In this document: positions 1 through 14,960 of the stretch, piece by piece
Position numbering within the stretch: the first letter of the stretch is position 1
Layout: each line of letters opens with the position of its first letter
Assembly (NCBI RefSeq): GCF_018977255.1
Contig: NW_024704743.1
Span: 47,184,001 to 47,248,000 of the forward strand
Source of the DNA: Callorhinchus milii
Taxonomy: Eukaryota
DNA: 64,000 nt
Reading direction: 5' to 3'
Made by a program: the position numbers and the translations under genes
Notes under the pieces: model-generated
Told to the model about the DNA's origin: nothing
The model's input: only the letters and a program-made list of their open reading frames with translations
Databases searched by the model: none

Positions 1-1129
1 CAATGCTGATGCAGCATTTTGAGAAATAGCTTCCCTGCTTGTTTCCTGAAGACAGTGATTTATGTTCGGATACAGTTCCATAGGGCCAACAGCTCACCTA
101 AGTGACCGTTCTTCATGCATAATGTTAGGCAGTGAGTGGCAGCTGGCTATTCAACCATACGAGCAGCACAGCCAAGCCTGATTCTGTCCTCTCCACAATC
201 ATTCACTCCCCAGCAGCTTTCATTGAAAACTATCAGTAATAACAGCTCTATTCTTCTACTTGTGAGTCCAGTAACATTGAAGCCACTGTTGCCCTAAAAA
301 ACTTTCATGCCTTGTTGCCGAGTTGATGTCTTTTGGATGAGATAGTAAAACCGAGGTCCTGTCTGCCTATTCAAATGGATGTTAAAGACACAATAACACC
401 AACTGAAAGACAAGGTAGTTTCTCCTGGCTACCAATCCCCCAGATTAATTGGTTATTTACCTTATGTTTGTTTGTGACAACTCATCAATTACTGCCCACA
501 AGAACTTAATTTCAAAGAAAAACATTTCCAAATCTGTTCTAGGCAATAACTAAAATGTCACTTATAACACAACTTTCATGCATCTCAAAACACTCAGCAC
601 CAGTATACCCTGAGCAGACAAACTAGGGATTTACAGAAGGTGACTGAAGAAACGGACATAGATAAATGTTTTTATAAAGTTTTTGAAGGCATGGAGAGAG
701 GTAATAAATTATATTATTTGAAAACATATAAAGCCAGTTTCGATCATATGGCCTGTGCATGTCATGCAGACAAAGTCTGATAATAATGAGAAATGTCATA
801 AATATTACCAGGTTAAAACAGGTCACTGGGCTATAAAGCAACCATGTTTAATATGCAAATTCTTTATCAACAGTTTGCACCCAAGTGAAAAATTCCCTTG
901 TCATTAGTTGCATAAATATATTAGCATATGAACTGTCCTGCCATTGAGTTAATCTTTTATTACTTCCATATGCTTTCCTATCTTAGTGCAATCTTGTTTT
1001 TCTTGTCTTTTACCTTATAATATAGCCGATATTGGCTTTTTCAATTTGATTTTAATTGCGTAAGGGGAAATGTCTTTACTGATATTGCTGTTTGTCTTTT
1101 GTATCAAATACATAGCTGGTGAAATAGTT

Positions 1130-2205
1130 TCTCCTCTAGCACACGCACCGTCTCGTGTGGCATTCCTCAGGGCTCTGTCCTTGATCCCTCCTCTTCAATA
1201 TCTATATGCTCCCTCTTGGTGACATCATCTGCAGACACGGGCTCAACTTCCACATGTATGAGGATGACACCCAACTCTCTCTCTCTGCCTCCACCCTTGA
1301 CTCCAGGGCCACTGCTGTCCTGACAGAATGTCTGTCAGACATCGTCCTGGATGAGAGATAACTTTCTTCTTTTGAACGTCAACAAGACCGAGGCTCTCCT
1401 GATTGGTTCCCATCAGAGCCTCCACACCTCAGGCGCTGACAGCATCACCATCCATGGTTGCACACTCCACCTTACTAAGCCAGTCCGGAACCTTGGGGTC
1501 TTGTTTGACCCTCAACTATCCTTTCTAACCCACATCCATGCAATGACCCAACATCACCTGGCTCCGCCACTGTCTCACACCGCAGGCCGCCGAGACCCTC
1601 ATACATGAATTCACAACATCCAGACTCAACTATGTAAACTCCCTGCTTGTCAGACTCCCCAGCTCCTCCCTCTAGGCTGCAGATCATCCAGAACTCTGCA
1701 GCCCATGTCCTCTCCCACACCAGACTCTGTGACCCTATCACCCCCATCCTCGCCCGACTCCACTGGCTTCCCATCACACAGAGGATACAGTCCAAGACCC
1801 TGGTTCTCACCTTCAAAACCCTCCAGGCCTCGCTCCCCACTACCTCTGTGACCTCCTAACCCCCTACCATCCTGCCCGCTCCCTCCACTCAGCGGGCTCC
1901 AGACTGCTTGATGTCCCCAACCTCGCCCGCCCCACTATTGGCGGGCGGGCCATTAGCCACTCTGCCCGCATCCTCTAGTACTCCATCCCGCAGTCCCTCT
2001 GTCTCGACCCCTCCCTTGCCTCCTTCACGATCTATCTCATTACCCTCCTCTTCGACTGTGCCTTCGATCATCCTCCTTCCCCCCCACTGCCCTCCACCCT
2101 TACCGATCCCGACCCTGAGCTCGGGTCCGAAACACTGATTGTCCAGCACCTTGGGACATCCTCCCGACGTGAAAGGCACTCTACAAATGTAATTTTGTTG
2201 GTGTT
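1130..2205 (+). mobile_element. 5'-truncated degraded L2
   Basis: Fragmented RT peptides ([22 protein letters not shown]) and an L2 tail matching 25060-28755. Confidence 0.9.
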
Positions 2206-4359
2206 GTAATATTTAGATTTTGCAACCAACCCGGTCACCTCTCTATATATCAAATTAATCAACTGCTACTTGTGGAAGAAACTTCCATCATGTTAAGAGA
2301 AAAAACGGTAGTTTTTCGCCACAGTCTGGAACCTCTGCAGTATCCCAGTCCCAACCCACAACAAAGTATTCACATTAAGTATTCAGCACCAAGCTGCATT
2401 CGCTATCTAAATCATTTGCCTAGAGAGGTTTGGCCTAATGATGTCGATATGTCTCTAAGGAATAAATAATATTCAGACTTGCATTGAAAGAACAGAGGTC
2501 AGCTGCTGTAATAATCAAACTTCCCAATCTTAATACAAGTTCCAACGAATACAAAATCGGTGCCTATCCTATGGCTTAACTGGGGCAACAGAAGGGGTGC
2601 TATACAATTGACTTCAGCTCCTTGGGTTAAAGAACAATAAGATTTAATCAGTGATTCCAGATGGAAGGTGCTTATTTGTATGCTTAGTGGATGAGGACAT
2701 GACTGGACTGAGTTGCGAAGCCCCAGTGGTGAAATAACCTTCTAGCATTCACTGTCAAGACAGCGATGCTGTTCAATGTCTGGTACAACCCAATACTCAA
2801 TACAACAACAACTTGCATATATATAACGCCCTTCATGCAGGATAGCATCTCGGAGCGCTGTAAAACAGTTATAACATAACCTCCACAGTCATGGGGGAAA
2901 GAGAAGTTGCAATTGGATCAATGCTCAGTGACTAGTCAGAGTGGGGGGGGGGGTTGAAAAAAAAATAATGTTGGTCATAACCCAATGATCCTGACTTGAA
3001 AGTACACATTTGTGTTCCAAACAAAAACAAGCTCTTCCTCGGCTATTATGCATCCTAAGGTTGAATAGTGTGGGAGGCTTGTGACGCCCCAATCGCTTCA
3101 AGAAGTTATGCTGCATGAAAAGCGCCATGTAGTGCAGGTTGTTGTGACAGCACAGGGAAAGAAATGGACTAAACTCTTTTTAAATTTTAACACACTGTCC
3201 CTCCACCCGCTGAACCATAGCCCAACAGGAATCCATGCCATCAGAACAAGGAGGGGAGAAAGTGGGGGGATAAAACAAATCAAAACCTCCAGCGTGGATG
3301 TTTAACCTCCACCGCACCATTAAATTACAGAGCATTTTAAAAGCCTACAGCAGCAGACAAGTTGTTCTCTGCACAAATACTATTGTAATAATTCTCCCAG
3401 AATAACCATGTGCCTTCTTTATTGGAAAGGATACTCACATTATTGTTCTCCTGTTGAAAAGCTGAAAAGTATCTTGTTCTCTAGGTGCATTCACCAGTGA
3501 CAATAATTTCTGATATCGAATCAGATTTGTGCAGGAGGGTAGTAGCAGCCTCCAAGAGACCAGTGATAGCAAGTAAACTGGACTGGAGCTTCAGTAGGAG
3601 AGAATATGACTTCTAATCTTATTTGCATCAACTCAATTTCTATTTTTTATCATTAGTTTAAAGCTTTTCAAATGCCTTTGGACGTCCTCTTGACATGAAA
3701 GGCGCTATATAAATGCAATTTGTTGTTGTTAAAGTACCAACAAAAACCCAATGATTAATGAATAGAATATTCTTAGTATTATAATATTATGAATTTATAT
3801 CAATTCCATGTTCAAAAGATAGTTTTAAAAGCACAGTAAAATTACAAAAAGGAAATGTCTAGGTAGTTACCAGTAACACACTCAGAAGTTAACAGTATCA
3901 TACTCAGTGCCATACACTGAAAGTCCCACTGGTCTAAGCATTGTCTGCAGAACGAGGAACCAGCAATGTTATTACCAGGTGTCAGGCCTGCTGAAAATAA
4001 TTCTTCAACAAAATAATGGCAAATGCAAATTTTATAGAAAATAAGGCACCTGAACAGTCATACGACAAGAAACAACTATGGCACAAAGCCCTGAAAACAT
4101 TTACTCTGAGTTATAATCACTGCTGGCAGCTGCATACCCCCAATAGCAAAGAACTTTTCACCCTAATGAGTAACTATCACCATGACAACAAAAATTGCAG
4201 CTTTTTTTAAAAAAAAAGAAAACTAAACAAAATAACTGTTTTCCAAGTGGAAAAAGAGCTTTATCATGTTATGATGTACTTTCAGATTGAAAGGTAGTGT
4301 GAGAATTTTTTTATAATGAGGAATTTCTTCTTTTTAAAAAATCCTTCTGGTCGAAGATC

Positions 4360-4750
4360 ATAGATCTCGTCTCTGAGTCAGAGGCTCAAGCCCCACATTG
4401 GAATCGCATAACTGACACTCCAATACAGTGCTGGGGGGCTGTTGCATTGTCGGAGGTGCCATCCTTTGGATCAGACAGTAAACCGAGATCCCGTTTGCCT
4501 GTCCAGGTGGTTGTTAAAGATCCCATTGCACTATTCAAAAAGACAAGGGAGTTTCTCCCAGGATCCTGGACAACAAAATCACCCAAATAAAATTAGTAAC
4601 TCACTCCACGGCTGTTGTGGGGCACTGCTGTGGCAGCCACGTTTCACTCACAAAATACACAGTCAATCCACTTTACAGTATATCCTGTGAAGTGCTTTGA
4701 GACGTTGTGAAGACGTGAAAAGGTGCTTTATCAAATGCAAGGATTTTTTA
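4360..4750 (+). mobile_element. Older Deu-domain SINE (SacSINE1/AmnSINE-like), near full length
   Basis: CTCTGAGTCAGA head, GGAGGTGCC..CTTTGGAT.AGAC, AAAGATCCCA..GCACTATTC core and L2-type tail. Family assignment from recalled consensus. Confidence 0.8.
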
Positions 4751-6619
4751 TAAGTACGACAGGGCATTGCCTTGTGCTGCACAATCCGTGGTACTAGAAG
4801 CACAAAAACCTGAACTAAATCCTCTGGCACTGACTGTCATTTTCACATTTCAAGGTGCAAATAATTTAGGTCTCAACAGCTGTTTTTCTGTATACTTCTA
4901 CAACTAAATACTTAAAAGTGAAGATGAAGACACCGAACATTTCCTAATTCCTAATTTTCAGTTTATTCAGAGAAAGTCATTGGTTTTAGTTGCTGTCCTT
5001 TAGTCTGAAATCATTGAAGAGATGTTCATGGGGTTAACCTGGCTGATTCTCAGCTAAATTGCTCAATCCTTCTTATTTAGTTCAATATGGTAATAATGAA
5101 CAAACTAGCTGCTTTTAGGCTGGAATAGGGTCAGAGCTTCATTCACTATTTAATTTGCTTGAGCCTCTCTCTTTCACTGTAAACCAACTAGTGATGTTCA
5201 TTATGACCATTAGGCAATAACATTTGTGATCCAATAATTGAGCTGCAGCAATTAGTCTTATTCCAAGAATGCATTTCTTTTACAATGCTTCAATGCTGCT
5301 CTTCCACCTGTCAATAATCCCTCCACTAACATATAATTGTAATAATCGTACCCAGTCAGTGATGGTGGTCTCCCTCACTCCTCTTCCAAAGATCTGCTTA
5401 GCTCAGAATGCACAGTGAACATAAAAAATAGTACTGAACACAAAGGACAGGCTTTTAATAATGGTAATTGCCATGACATAAACCTAGATTCCTAGATTTT
5501 TCCATTTCAGTATTAGTAAACACAGGGTAAATTTGAAAGGTTCCATGCAAATTGAGCACTTTTTCTATGCCAGTAAATTGTTTTCCTCCAGATCTTCAAA
5601 ATGCCGTCAGCAGCAAGAGTTGCAAAATCAGGGCAATTATTTTGAATATCATTTGGACTGTACAAACTGAAATGTGCAGATTTACAGAAGCCAATCATGC
5701 TCAGACAACAGTTTCAGATGCTATGTGTATGTACTTTGTGTGAGATGAAGCAACTCCACTATATGTGCTGCTTATTCTTACTGCTCCTTCAGCACAGAGG
5801 CAATACCAGTTACAATATGAACGACTCAATACTAAACCAAGACCAAACTCTACACTTGAAATGGAATCTAGCATTAACGAAATGCCTTTTCAGGAGGACG
5901 TTAACATCCTACATTATTATTTGAAAAGAGAAAGGAGTTTCCCAGATAAAATTGGTCATTCACTTCGTGGCTGTTCATAGGACACTGCTGTATGCAAGAT
6001 GATTGCTGCGATCACCTACAAAATACACAGTCACTATACTATTTAGTAGCTCCTGTGAAGCATTTTCAGATGTCCTTCCCAGGTGAAAGATACTAGCTCT
6101 AATGCAAGGATTATTATTATAAAGTATTGGATTGAGCGAAGTCTGTAAATTCAGCCTCTTTAGGTTCGTTGGTGCAATGATTTCACTGAAAAAAATCAAG
6201 ATAAAAATGAACGGCACTCGCTTTTCAAAACTGGCATTAAAGGAATTGATTTATAAACAGAACAATACAGTGTAGCCATAAGGACAACAATATACATCCA
6301 AGTTTACAGCACAGAAAGAAGTTGTTCAGCTTCAGCCTTTTCTGTTTGGAGGGAAGTGAACATAACAGAGAATTTAACAACAATGCAAATCATTTAACTT
6401 ATTCAGTTGCCATGACACATCACATTAACTCTGCATTGTGAAAGTGGGGGAGGGGCAAACTTAATGTTGCAAACAGCTTCTTAATTTAAAGACATAACAC
6501 TCAAGACTTAATTCAAGTTCTTAACACTCATTGTATCTCACTAAACACAATAGACTCTTGCCTACCTTTTTTGCCTGAAGTAGGTGCATGTAAAGGGATA
6601 GATTGGAAAGACGGTCTCA

Positions 6620-7000
6620 CTGCCCACTGTAGAACTGAGGTATCAGAAGATCGCGGGTTCGATTAGTTAGAATGAGCTGATATCATCTTTGATGATAGGG
6701 ACCTTATAGCCGACATCAATGTCCCTGAGATAGCGAGAGTGAAAGGAAATTAAGACAGGGAATCCACCCCTGACCATGATCCCTGCTGGAAAGTATACGT
6801 GTACGTACAGGACATTAGGAAAGGACAGAATCAGGCTCAGCAGTGAAGTTGCCCATAGTCATAGTCTGTCTACATTTGCTGTCTGGGCTAACTTGTAAGG
6901 AATGGCTTCAACGAGCTATCAGAAGCAATCCTGGACCCTTGTCCTGTACTCCATGGTGAATCAGCAAGTTCGACAGGAGGGACAAAGGAAAAGGGGAGCA
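6620..7000 (+). mobile_element. Ancient SINE-like repeat 'family B'
   Basis: B-box-like GGGTTCGATT near the start, then CCCTGCTGGAAAGT and AGGACAGAATCAGGCT blocks. Diverged copies at about 30-310, 2560-2790, 11620-11900, 21685-21749 plus 22221-22560, 48810-49170 and 50205-50550. Confidence 0.6.
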
Positions 7001-8807
7001 TTTGTGGCAGAACCCATCATCATCCAAAAGTTTTCTCTATGATTTGAGACTCTCATCAAATCATATCCACTGAGCTGAAATTTAAAGGTTCAATTTTATC
7101 AGATATGATTTATTTTTATAATGCTGCTCCCACAAACAAAATGCTTTTGTTCTTTTACATTCTGGCTTCACCACAACTCAGGCAGCTTGTGAATCAGCTG
7201 AATCCTCTCTTACTGTGAAACAACTGTTCAGAGCATTCAGAGTTCAGTCGCAGGAAATCGAAATGTTTATTTCCTTTGATCAACAACGAGGAAAGTTTCC
7301 ATTCTTCTTAAATTCGATTGTCGTTTCCTAGTTTTGTTCAGGTTTTTTAAACCTTTTACAGCCTCAGAAACTCAGAACCTACCCCAGTTAATCTTTAACT
7401 CTTTAATCAGGCAAACATTCAAAATGAATTTGTCCATTCCCTAAAATGTGTTCGCAAGAGAAGTGTGGATGAAGGCAGCCCTTGGCCTCACTTGACCTCA
7501 TTCTTCCAGAGTATCCATCTATTTCAGCACTCCAAGATGCTACCCTGTGTGAAGGGTGCTATATAAATGCAGGTTGTTGTTATATCCTACTGTCTTCCCA
7601 TCACGACATCAATTGATCCAATGGTGCCAGGGTCAAATAGGACAATGTACTGCAACAGGAGTAATTATAACACTTGGGCCACTTATAGCAAATAAATATG
7701 AGTAATTTGTCAAACTTCACGGTGTTTTACTTCTCTCAAAATGATCTCTAAGAAACTTCCAACTTTCTGCCCTATCCTCAAAGGCGTTATACAGGAAACC
7801 ACAAGCTAAAAATAGAGTCAGTTCCATTCAATAAACCCATCAACTAGAACAAGGGTTTCTACTAGCAGGATAGATTTTCTACTATGCAATGTACATCGCA
7901 AACTTAAAGCACAGCAAACATTAAAATACTCAAAACTTTTAAAGAAAGCGAAACATAGAACCATAGAAATGCACAGCACAGAAGGTGCCCATTCAGCCCA
8001 TCATGTCTGTGCTGGCTCTGTGAAGACAATCCATTCAGTCCCATTTACCTGCCTTTCCCTCATCCACCTGGAAATCAGAGTACTCCTTATCAGATATATT
8101 TCTAGTTCTCTCTTGACATCGGAGGAGTTTGAATAATGCACTGAGCAATGTCCTTTCTTCAGAAAGTACATTGTGAATGCCCACCACAGATGTAACTTCT
8201 GAAACGAATGCAACAATTCCAACTGTTTTATATGAGAAATACAATTGAAAAATGAGAGATACAACTTGCACTGTTAAAGCACCTTATTACATTGGAGCAT
8301 CTCAAAGCACTTCACACTCCAATGACTTTGCAGGGAAACATGGCAACTATTTGTACACAGCATGTTCCCACCATGAAGCAAACAACCAATTTATTTGAGG
8401 ATTGCTGGCCTTATCACCAGGAGAAACTTTATGCATCAGACCTCTAAGCATCCACAGTGCATTTTTGAATAAGGGTCCCAGCACAACCCTGTTCGTGTCT
8501 GGATGAACAGCATGCAATTGAGACATTAATCAGTGGTCCCATCTTCCCGTTCAAGTGGGCATAAAAGATTCCATGACTCAATTTGAAAGGAGAAGGGAGT
8601 TTCTCCCAGTGTCGCTGCCAACAATCTCCAAATAAAATTGGTCGTTCACTCCATCATTGTTTGTGGGACACTGCTGTGCCAAAATGTCACATTTAACCAC
8701 AAATTATACAATCACTACACATTACAATTTGTCCTGTGAAGTGCTTTGAGATGTCCTTCTGAGGTGAAAGGCATTAAATTACATGTATGGATTATGACTA
8801 TTTCTAC

Positions 8808-9300
8808 AACCACAACTCCCATTTACATAGCGCCCCTCACGCAGGGTTATGTCCCAGAATGCTTAACAGTGGCGGAGCACGATGCCGAGCCGGAGGGAGG
8901 TGACCATAGGCAGAACAACAATAACTTGCATTTATATAGTGCCCTTCACTCCAGTCGGCATCTCGGAGCACTTATGCACAGTCAAAGAGGAAGGTCTTCA
9001 GGCGTGACCTGAAGATAGGAAAGGAAGTGGCAAGACAAAGGGATAGAGGAATGTTCCAGAGTTTCAGGGTATAGTTGCTGAAAGTGCGGCCACTGATGGC
9101 GGAACGGAGGGCACAAGGGACATGTAGAAGGCCGGAGCCAGTCAAGCAGAGGCAGTAGGTAGTGGGTTGGGGTGGTAAGCAGGTCGGAGTGGTAGGGAGG
9201 TGCCAGAGTATGAAGGGATTTGAAAACGAGTGTGAGGATCTTGTAATCGATCTGTTCGGCGATAAAGAGCCAGTGAAGCCTGGCTAGAACTGGTATGATG
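8808..9300 (-). mobile_element. L2 3' fragment (older subfamily) with a second L2-type tail nested at about 8914-8972
   Basis: IPVLARLHWLFIAEQIDYKIL peptide; two successive tail motifs; similar to 36520-37065. Confidence 0.85.
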
Positions 9301-12300
9301 TAATTACTATAATTACACAGACTGTGAAGCATTGAAACACACCATTTACCCCAACTAGTCCATGCTACTAGTCATACTCCACATGAGTCTCCACCCAACC
9401 TGATCGCCTATCCTCTGTTCCCCTCCCAAACTAATTTGAGAAACATAAAAGCATTTCTACCCCCGCCCTGTAGTTCTGACATCTCAATTAAAAACACTTT
9501 ATGATGTTAATAAGTGTGGTATTCTTCAGCACATACTCTAATCGCTATGGAATATGTGTGGGTCATTTTTCAGCAGGAAAATTGTTTATTCACTTCATGG
9601 TTTTTCGTGGGACAGTGCTGTTTGGAAATGTGCAGCAGACAAGTTTGCGTACAGCAATGTCCTCCAGCTTGAGGATAAAATCTTTGGTTACAAAAGTAAC
9701 ATTGAAAAGTATGTAAATAATTGCATTGACTTTCACAGTCGTATGACCCAAGATTTGTATCTCCACTCTTTGTTTTTTAATATTCCAAGTTACAGGCAGT
9801 AATATCACATAAAAATAAAATCATAGGAGCACTGCGCATCAATTAACTTAGTGTCATCTCAACCAAATCCCGGTGTTTAGATTTTTCTCAGCTAGACAAG
9901 GAATTTGAATAATTCCTGAATTTAACCCCAGGAAGGACACAATGCAATTGCTACCAATTTCTTTATAAGGACAGGAATTTGAGTGGGTGTGAAAATACAT
10001 TTGAAGCTAGATTTTCAAGTAAATACATATTCTGATTATCATATTCTGGTAATGAAGAATATTTATCCAATTTATCCATCATTTCTCTCTTTCGATTAAA
10101 AAAGGTCTCATCAGCCAGGAAAGTGAAGCTCCTCCTGGGCGAGGATCAGGAAAATCCACGGCACCGGTCACTTCTGCTGATATGACAAATTAGGATGATT
10201 CTGAATATGGAATTGTGTAAAAACAAGGATACCAGTGATATAAATGTGTGGTGCGTTTATGTAGCAGTGTTGCTGTCAGAAAACAGTAGCAGGCTGGATC
10301 TCCAGAAACCGGAGCACTTACATTTCGCCTCCAATAATATTCACTCTGGAGTTCCTGAGAAAAACAGTTTCATGTGGCACCTCAGGAATACCAGCACAAT
10401 TCTCACTGTCTGACTTGTCTGGCATCACAGTCATCACTGTCACTGTCAACAGCCACATGACATTCTGTGCCATCTCATTTCTGATATTTACAAACACAGG
10501 CAGGATAACTTCATTTGTAACTTCCGAAAGTCAACAAGATGCGAGAGAGGAAAAAGTGCCATCTCCCCACAGCCTGTTTCGCCCCCAGCCTTTTTAGCCA
10601 TTTTGGTGGTTTACGGAAATCACAAACTCTAATCTGATAGAACAGGATGGCCGAGGAGTGTTAAATTTGTACTTCCCGCCCCTTCTGCAAGTATCATTAA
10701 AAGGCATTCAAGGTTGAAAGGTGAACGAAGGCCATTTGGGCGAGTTACCAGAGGACACCCACGGAACAATAGCCCCAGGAAAAGGACAAGGTCCAAATTC
10801 CCCAGGTGAGGAAGGGAAGAGGAAACATTTGGAGGAGAAAACTGGCAAGAGAAAAAATCCTTCATAAAACTTAAATGAATACCACTGCTAGTCATGCCAT
10901 TCTGAGACTAATACTGACAAGTGTAGGTAGCTGTGTGATATCAGTGTAGGATATACAAATTAAAAGCTGGTGCTGTAGTCGAAATTTGTATCTTCTTGTA
11001 AAATGTGGAACATAATCAAAGCAATGAGGTTTGTTATTCTAAGCCCCTGGGAATTTGTGTTTTCTCATTTAAAAAAAAGACTCCCTTGGATTTTTATATG
11101 TCAAATACTGGCATATGCCTGTCTGCTGTGACCCCTTGTATAGTAAGACATGCATGGCAGAGCAATAGTCAACTGCCTTGAGACAAAAACAGAGGTTTCA
11201 AAATATTTTTTTTTATCTCCTTTGAGATTCACTATAGCTATTGTAGATTAAATGCATTTTTACAACAACCTTCTCTGAAAGAGGACATCTTCTACAAATT
11301 ATGCAATCTCATTGATATTTCAGATGTCGTCCTTTTAAATTCTTTACCTTTCTGTCCTGGAGTGCAAATATTTCTTCTCTGTATCACTTAAGCATGGTTA
11401 TGTTGTGCAGAACTGAATACCTCTCAATACAATACAATACAGCTCTACCCACATTATAATATGTAGGACCTGTGACTTATGGATCACATGGCATCAAAGA
11501 CTTCCAACGCACTAAGAGCTCACCATCATGATTCCTGATGTTAAGTAGTTTAGTTCAAAGCTTTTCCACAAGAAGGGAGGGAAAATCAGAATCAAGTTAC
11601 TTCAGGTCACCTTTTCCCTCATAATTTCCCCAATTTCTTCCCTTTCTCAGGTACTTCCCCAGGCTACATTTTACCAACATGGGTCATTCCTCACTTACAA
11701 GTCTAGACAGGTTTCAGTAAGCAGTTCGACCTTGGTAGAGCATCCATGACCAATCTTGGCCATTTGCATTTTCCTACAGCAGTATATAGGTACCGGGAAT
11801 GGGACCGTAGTTTGCTCCCCCACAACCCACCTCCCGTTACCCCAGCTGAGATCAGGCAGTTCAGCGGAAACCAAGAATTAGCTGGGAGATTCATTCTTTG
11901 CTTTTGTTTCTGCTCAATACATCAAAAGGTAATAACTTTTGACTGATCTTTGCCATGGCATTAACAGGCTATTCACAGTTCAAATCATCAGCAGAATGTG
12001 TTTGCTTACATCAATTCTTGCATATTTGTATGTTATAGAGAATCGAGTTTCTTTTTAACATACTAACACTAAGTTAGATAGTCAGCTGATTTGTTGGTCT
12101 ATGAACTAACCACCTACACAGCAGACACATTCCTGGATTTGTTGAAAGTGCCAATCTTCAGCTGAGATTGAAGTCCTGTCTTGTGGACTTCAAAGATACC
12201 ATTTCACTATTCAAAAAAAGTTGAAATTTTTTTCAGTCCTCAAAATAAATTGGTCATTCACTTCATGGCTTTTGTGGGACAGTCAGAAGGCCATGCTGGA

Positions 12301-14411
12301 GAAGGCCAAGACATCAATGGCCAGAACACCTCTAACAAGATGTTAACTAGACGTTGCATTTATACAGTAGCCTTCATGCGGGGTAGAGTCTCAGAGTGCT
12401 TAATTAAGTAGATATAATATGTGCAGTCCAGTTATGCAGCCCATAAACCATAGATACTTGATTCCTGAAAATATTAAGAGGATTATTTGCATCCTCAGAC
12501 ATGTACATGATACATTATACAGTGTGTATGTATGTGCCTGTGCATGTGTAATGGTATTCTTTGGCTTGGAAGCAATTGTGATACTTAGTGTGGGTATTTT
12601 CCATAGTTTGGCCAGCATAAGGAAAGCAACATAACTGAATGAGTTTACTTGCCCCAGACAGCTAAGTATAGCATTTCTCTCCTCTTCCCTTTTTGATCTG
12701 TCATTCTTGTGTCCTCAGGCATTTGTTTCCTCTTTCATTCTTCACTCTACATTAACATTTCCTCTTTCATTTTGACATTTCTCACTCTTATGCTGCTTCT
12801 CTCGTCACATTTAACGTTTAACTATAATAATAATCCTTGCCTTTGATATCGCAACTGTAAGGTCAAAACGTCTCAAAGTGGTTTACAATAATTACAGTTC
12901 AGGAATGTGCATTTATTGGCAGATGCAGCAGCCAGTTTTACACAGTACTGTGCTATGCAAAACTCAGCAGTCACCCTACATCATCAATCTTGATCAACAA
13001 TAGAGATGGGAGTTTTTCCTGGTGTCCTGGCCAACCATCTCTCAAATTAAATTGGTCATTGACTCTATGGTTGTTTGGCTGCCAGATTTGTTCACAAAAT
13101 AAAGACATTACACTTTACAGTATATCCTCTGAAGCGCTTGATGACATCACAACAACATGTTGCAAGAGATTTTGTTAGAAATCAACCTAGGCCTTGAAAC
13201 AGCAACAGTGGAGAAATGAAAGCAAATTGACCTCAGTGTATGCAAAATATGTTAACGGTAAACCTGACAATTACTGATGGCTTCCTACCATGTATTTGTA
13301 CCTTATTAGGATGCAACGATTAATATTGGTTTTTGAACCCATCTGTTTTTGTTTTTGAAAAGCTGCCATCTGTAACAAGCAGTATATATGCCATGTCTTC
13401 ATTGTATGCTTTATATCCTCCAGAAAAAAGAAGCAACTTTGCATCACAGATTCAAGTCCAGACGAAACAGTTTTTCATCTTACTTTGTCCACATTAACTG
13501 AAAACTTCACATTAACAGTCTTACAACCATTAGCTCAACAGTGAAATTTGGTAAACTGGCAAATAGCTGAACCAATATATTTAGACTGTATAAGGCAATG
13601 TCGAAATATCTGTAAAATATCTGAGGAGAAGTACCAAAGCTTTTACACAATGGCCTAAAGAGGAGGAGATCACCAGTTTGCTTGAATGTACATTAATCGT
13701 GAACTACCAGTCTTAGTGATGCTGTCATAAGAAAGTACTGAATGAAGGCCAGCCATGTCTCACTAAGTGAAGGTGGCAATACCAAAGGATATCGCTTCAT
13801 CCTGGACTATTCTTATGAGCTTTACAGATGCTGGTTATAAAACCGTATAGACCCAGAAGTAGTTGGCTGACCGCTCTCTTCCAAGGACTGGTGTGTGGCA
13901 TCTGCAGAATTGTAAAGGGAGTTTACATCTAAGTTTACATCTTGAGTTTACCCATCTAAGAATAAACAAAAAACATCTTAAGTTTCCCTGAAAACAAATG
14001 AAAGAACCTAATGAAAGCCATCCTCTGTGCAAAAGCAATGCAGTATCTGGATGTGTGCCTAGATGTTTTGCCTTTGAATGACTCATTGAAGCAAATATAA
14101 TTTTTGAGAGTTAGCTCAGTACTAACAACAAACAGACAGCTATGAGTAAACAACTTACAGCAATGAAGAACTCCATGCACATATTCCTGGAAAGGAAGCG
14201 GAGGTCTGATACTTCAATCTTGCAAGACTTTAATCTCCCTCCACTTTAGAAATATATTGATATAATTTTCAAACATCTCAGATAGATTCAAGAAAAAGGC
14301 AGTAGTAGGAGTTGTAAAAAGCCTTTCAATACCTTGCATTGTACTATGCAAAAACAGAAAAAGCTTGCAGTTACCAGCATTGTACCATTGGGCTGCTGAT
14401 GATTTCAGTCT

Positions 14412-14960
14412 CCCAACCCCATCACTATGTTTAAGAGTATCCAAACCAAACCGAATAGTTTCAGGCATCCCACCTAGACATAGAAATTCCCAGAAGTATT
14501 TATTGGAATGGACCACTCTATCCATAGATTAACGGGAGCCAAGGCTTGGAGACCCCAGTGTGGGTGTTCGGTTACTACTAGAGTCTAACCAGCTAAAACC
14601 GCAAAGCTTGCCATTGAAAGCATTCTCTGACAAGATTTCCTGCTGCTTGGCTACCTAGGACCACCCAACCTTTGGCCTCCATGGTTAATTCTCTAGAAAT
14701 CAATCAAGGTGGATTGTAGACAAGGTGGATTATGTGAATGGATGTTCACAAAGTTGACTCCAGGTAACGCCCCAGGCCTCAGATTCTCCTCAACAGCTAT
14801 CTGACACACATCTGCCCTCAGCGTGATGGGAGAACCATAACAGGACAGCTTGAGATTCTCAAGATCCAAGTCCATTGCCATGTACCAGGCTTACTCAGCA
14901 CCAGTTGCTTGATCCAGGTCCTCATGTGAGGGGCCTTGGCAAATAAACTTCCCAACTACA
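14412..14960 (-). mobile_element. Family-C copy, probably the longest; 5' boundary uncertain
   Basis: Shares AAGAGTATCCAAACCAA, GAGTCTAACCAGCTAAAA and CCTGCTGCTTG..CTAGGACCACCC blocks with other copies. Confidence 0.65.

Noticed and set aside
9518..9531. GGTATTCTTCAGCA, whose minus strand encodes AEEY as in CHN2 exon 2
   Set aside because: Similarity stops there: no PPIWKSY and no suitable acceptor or donor.
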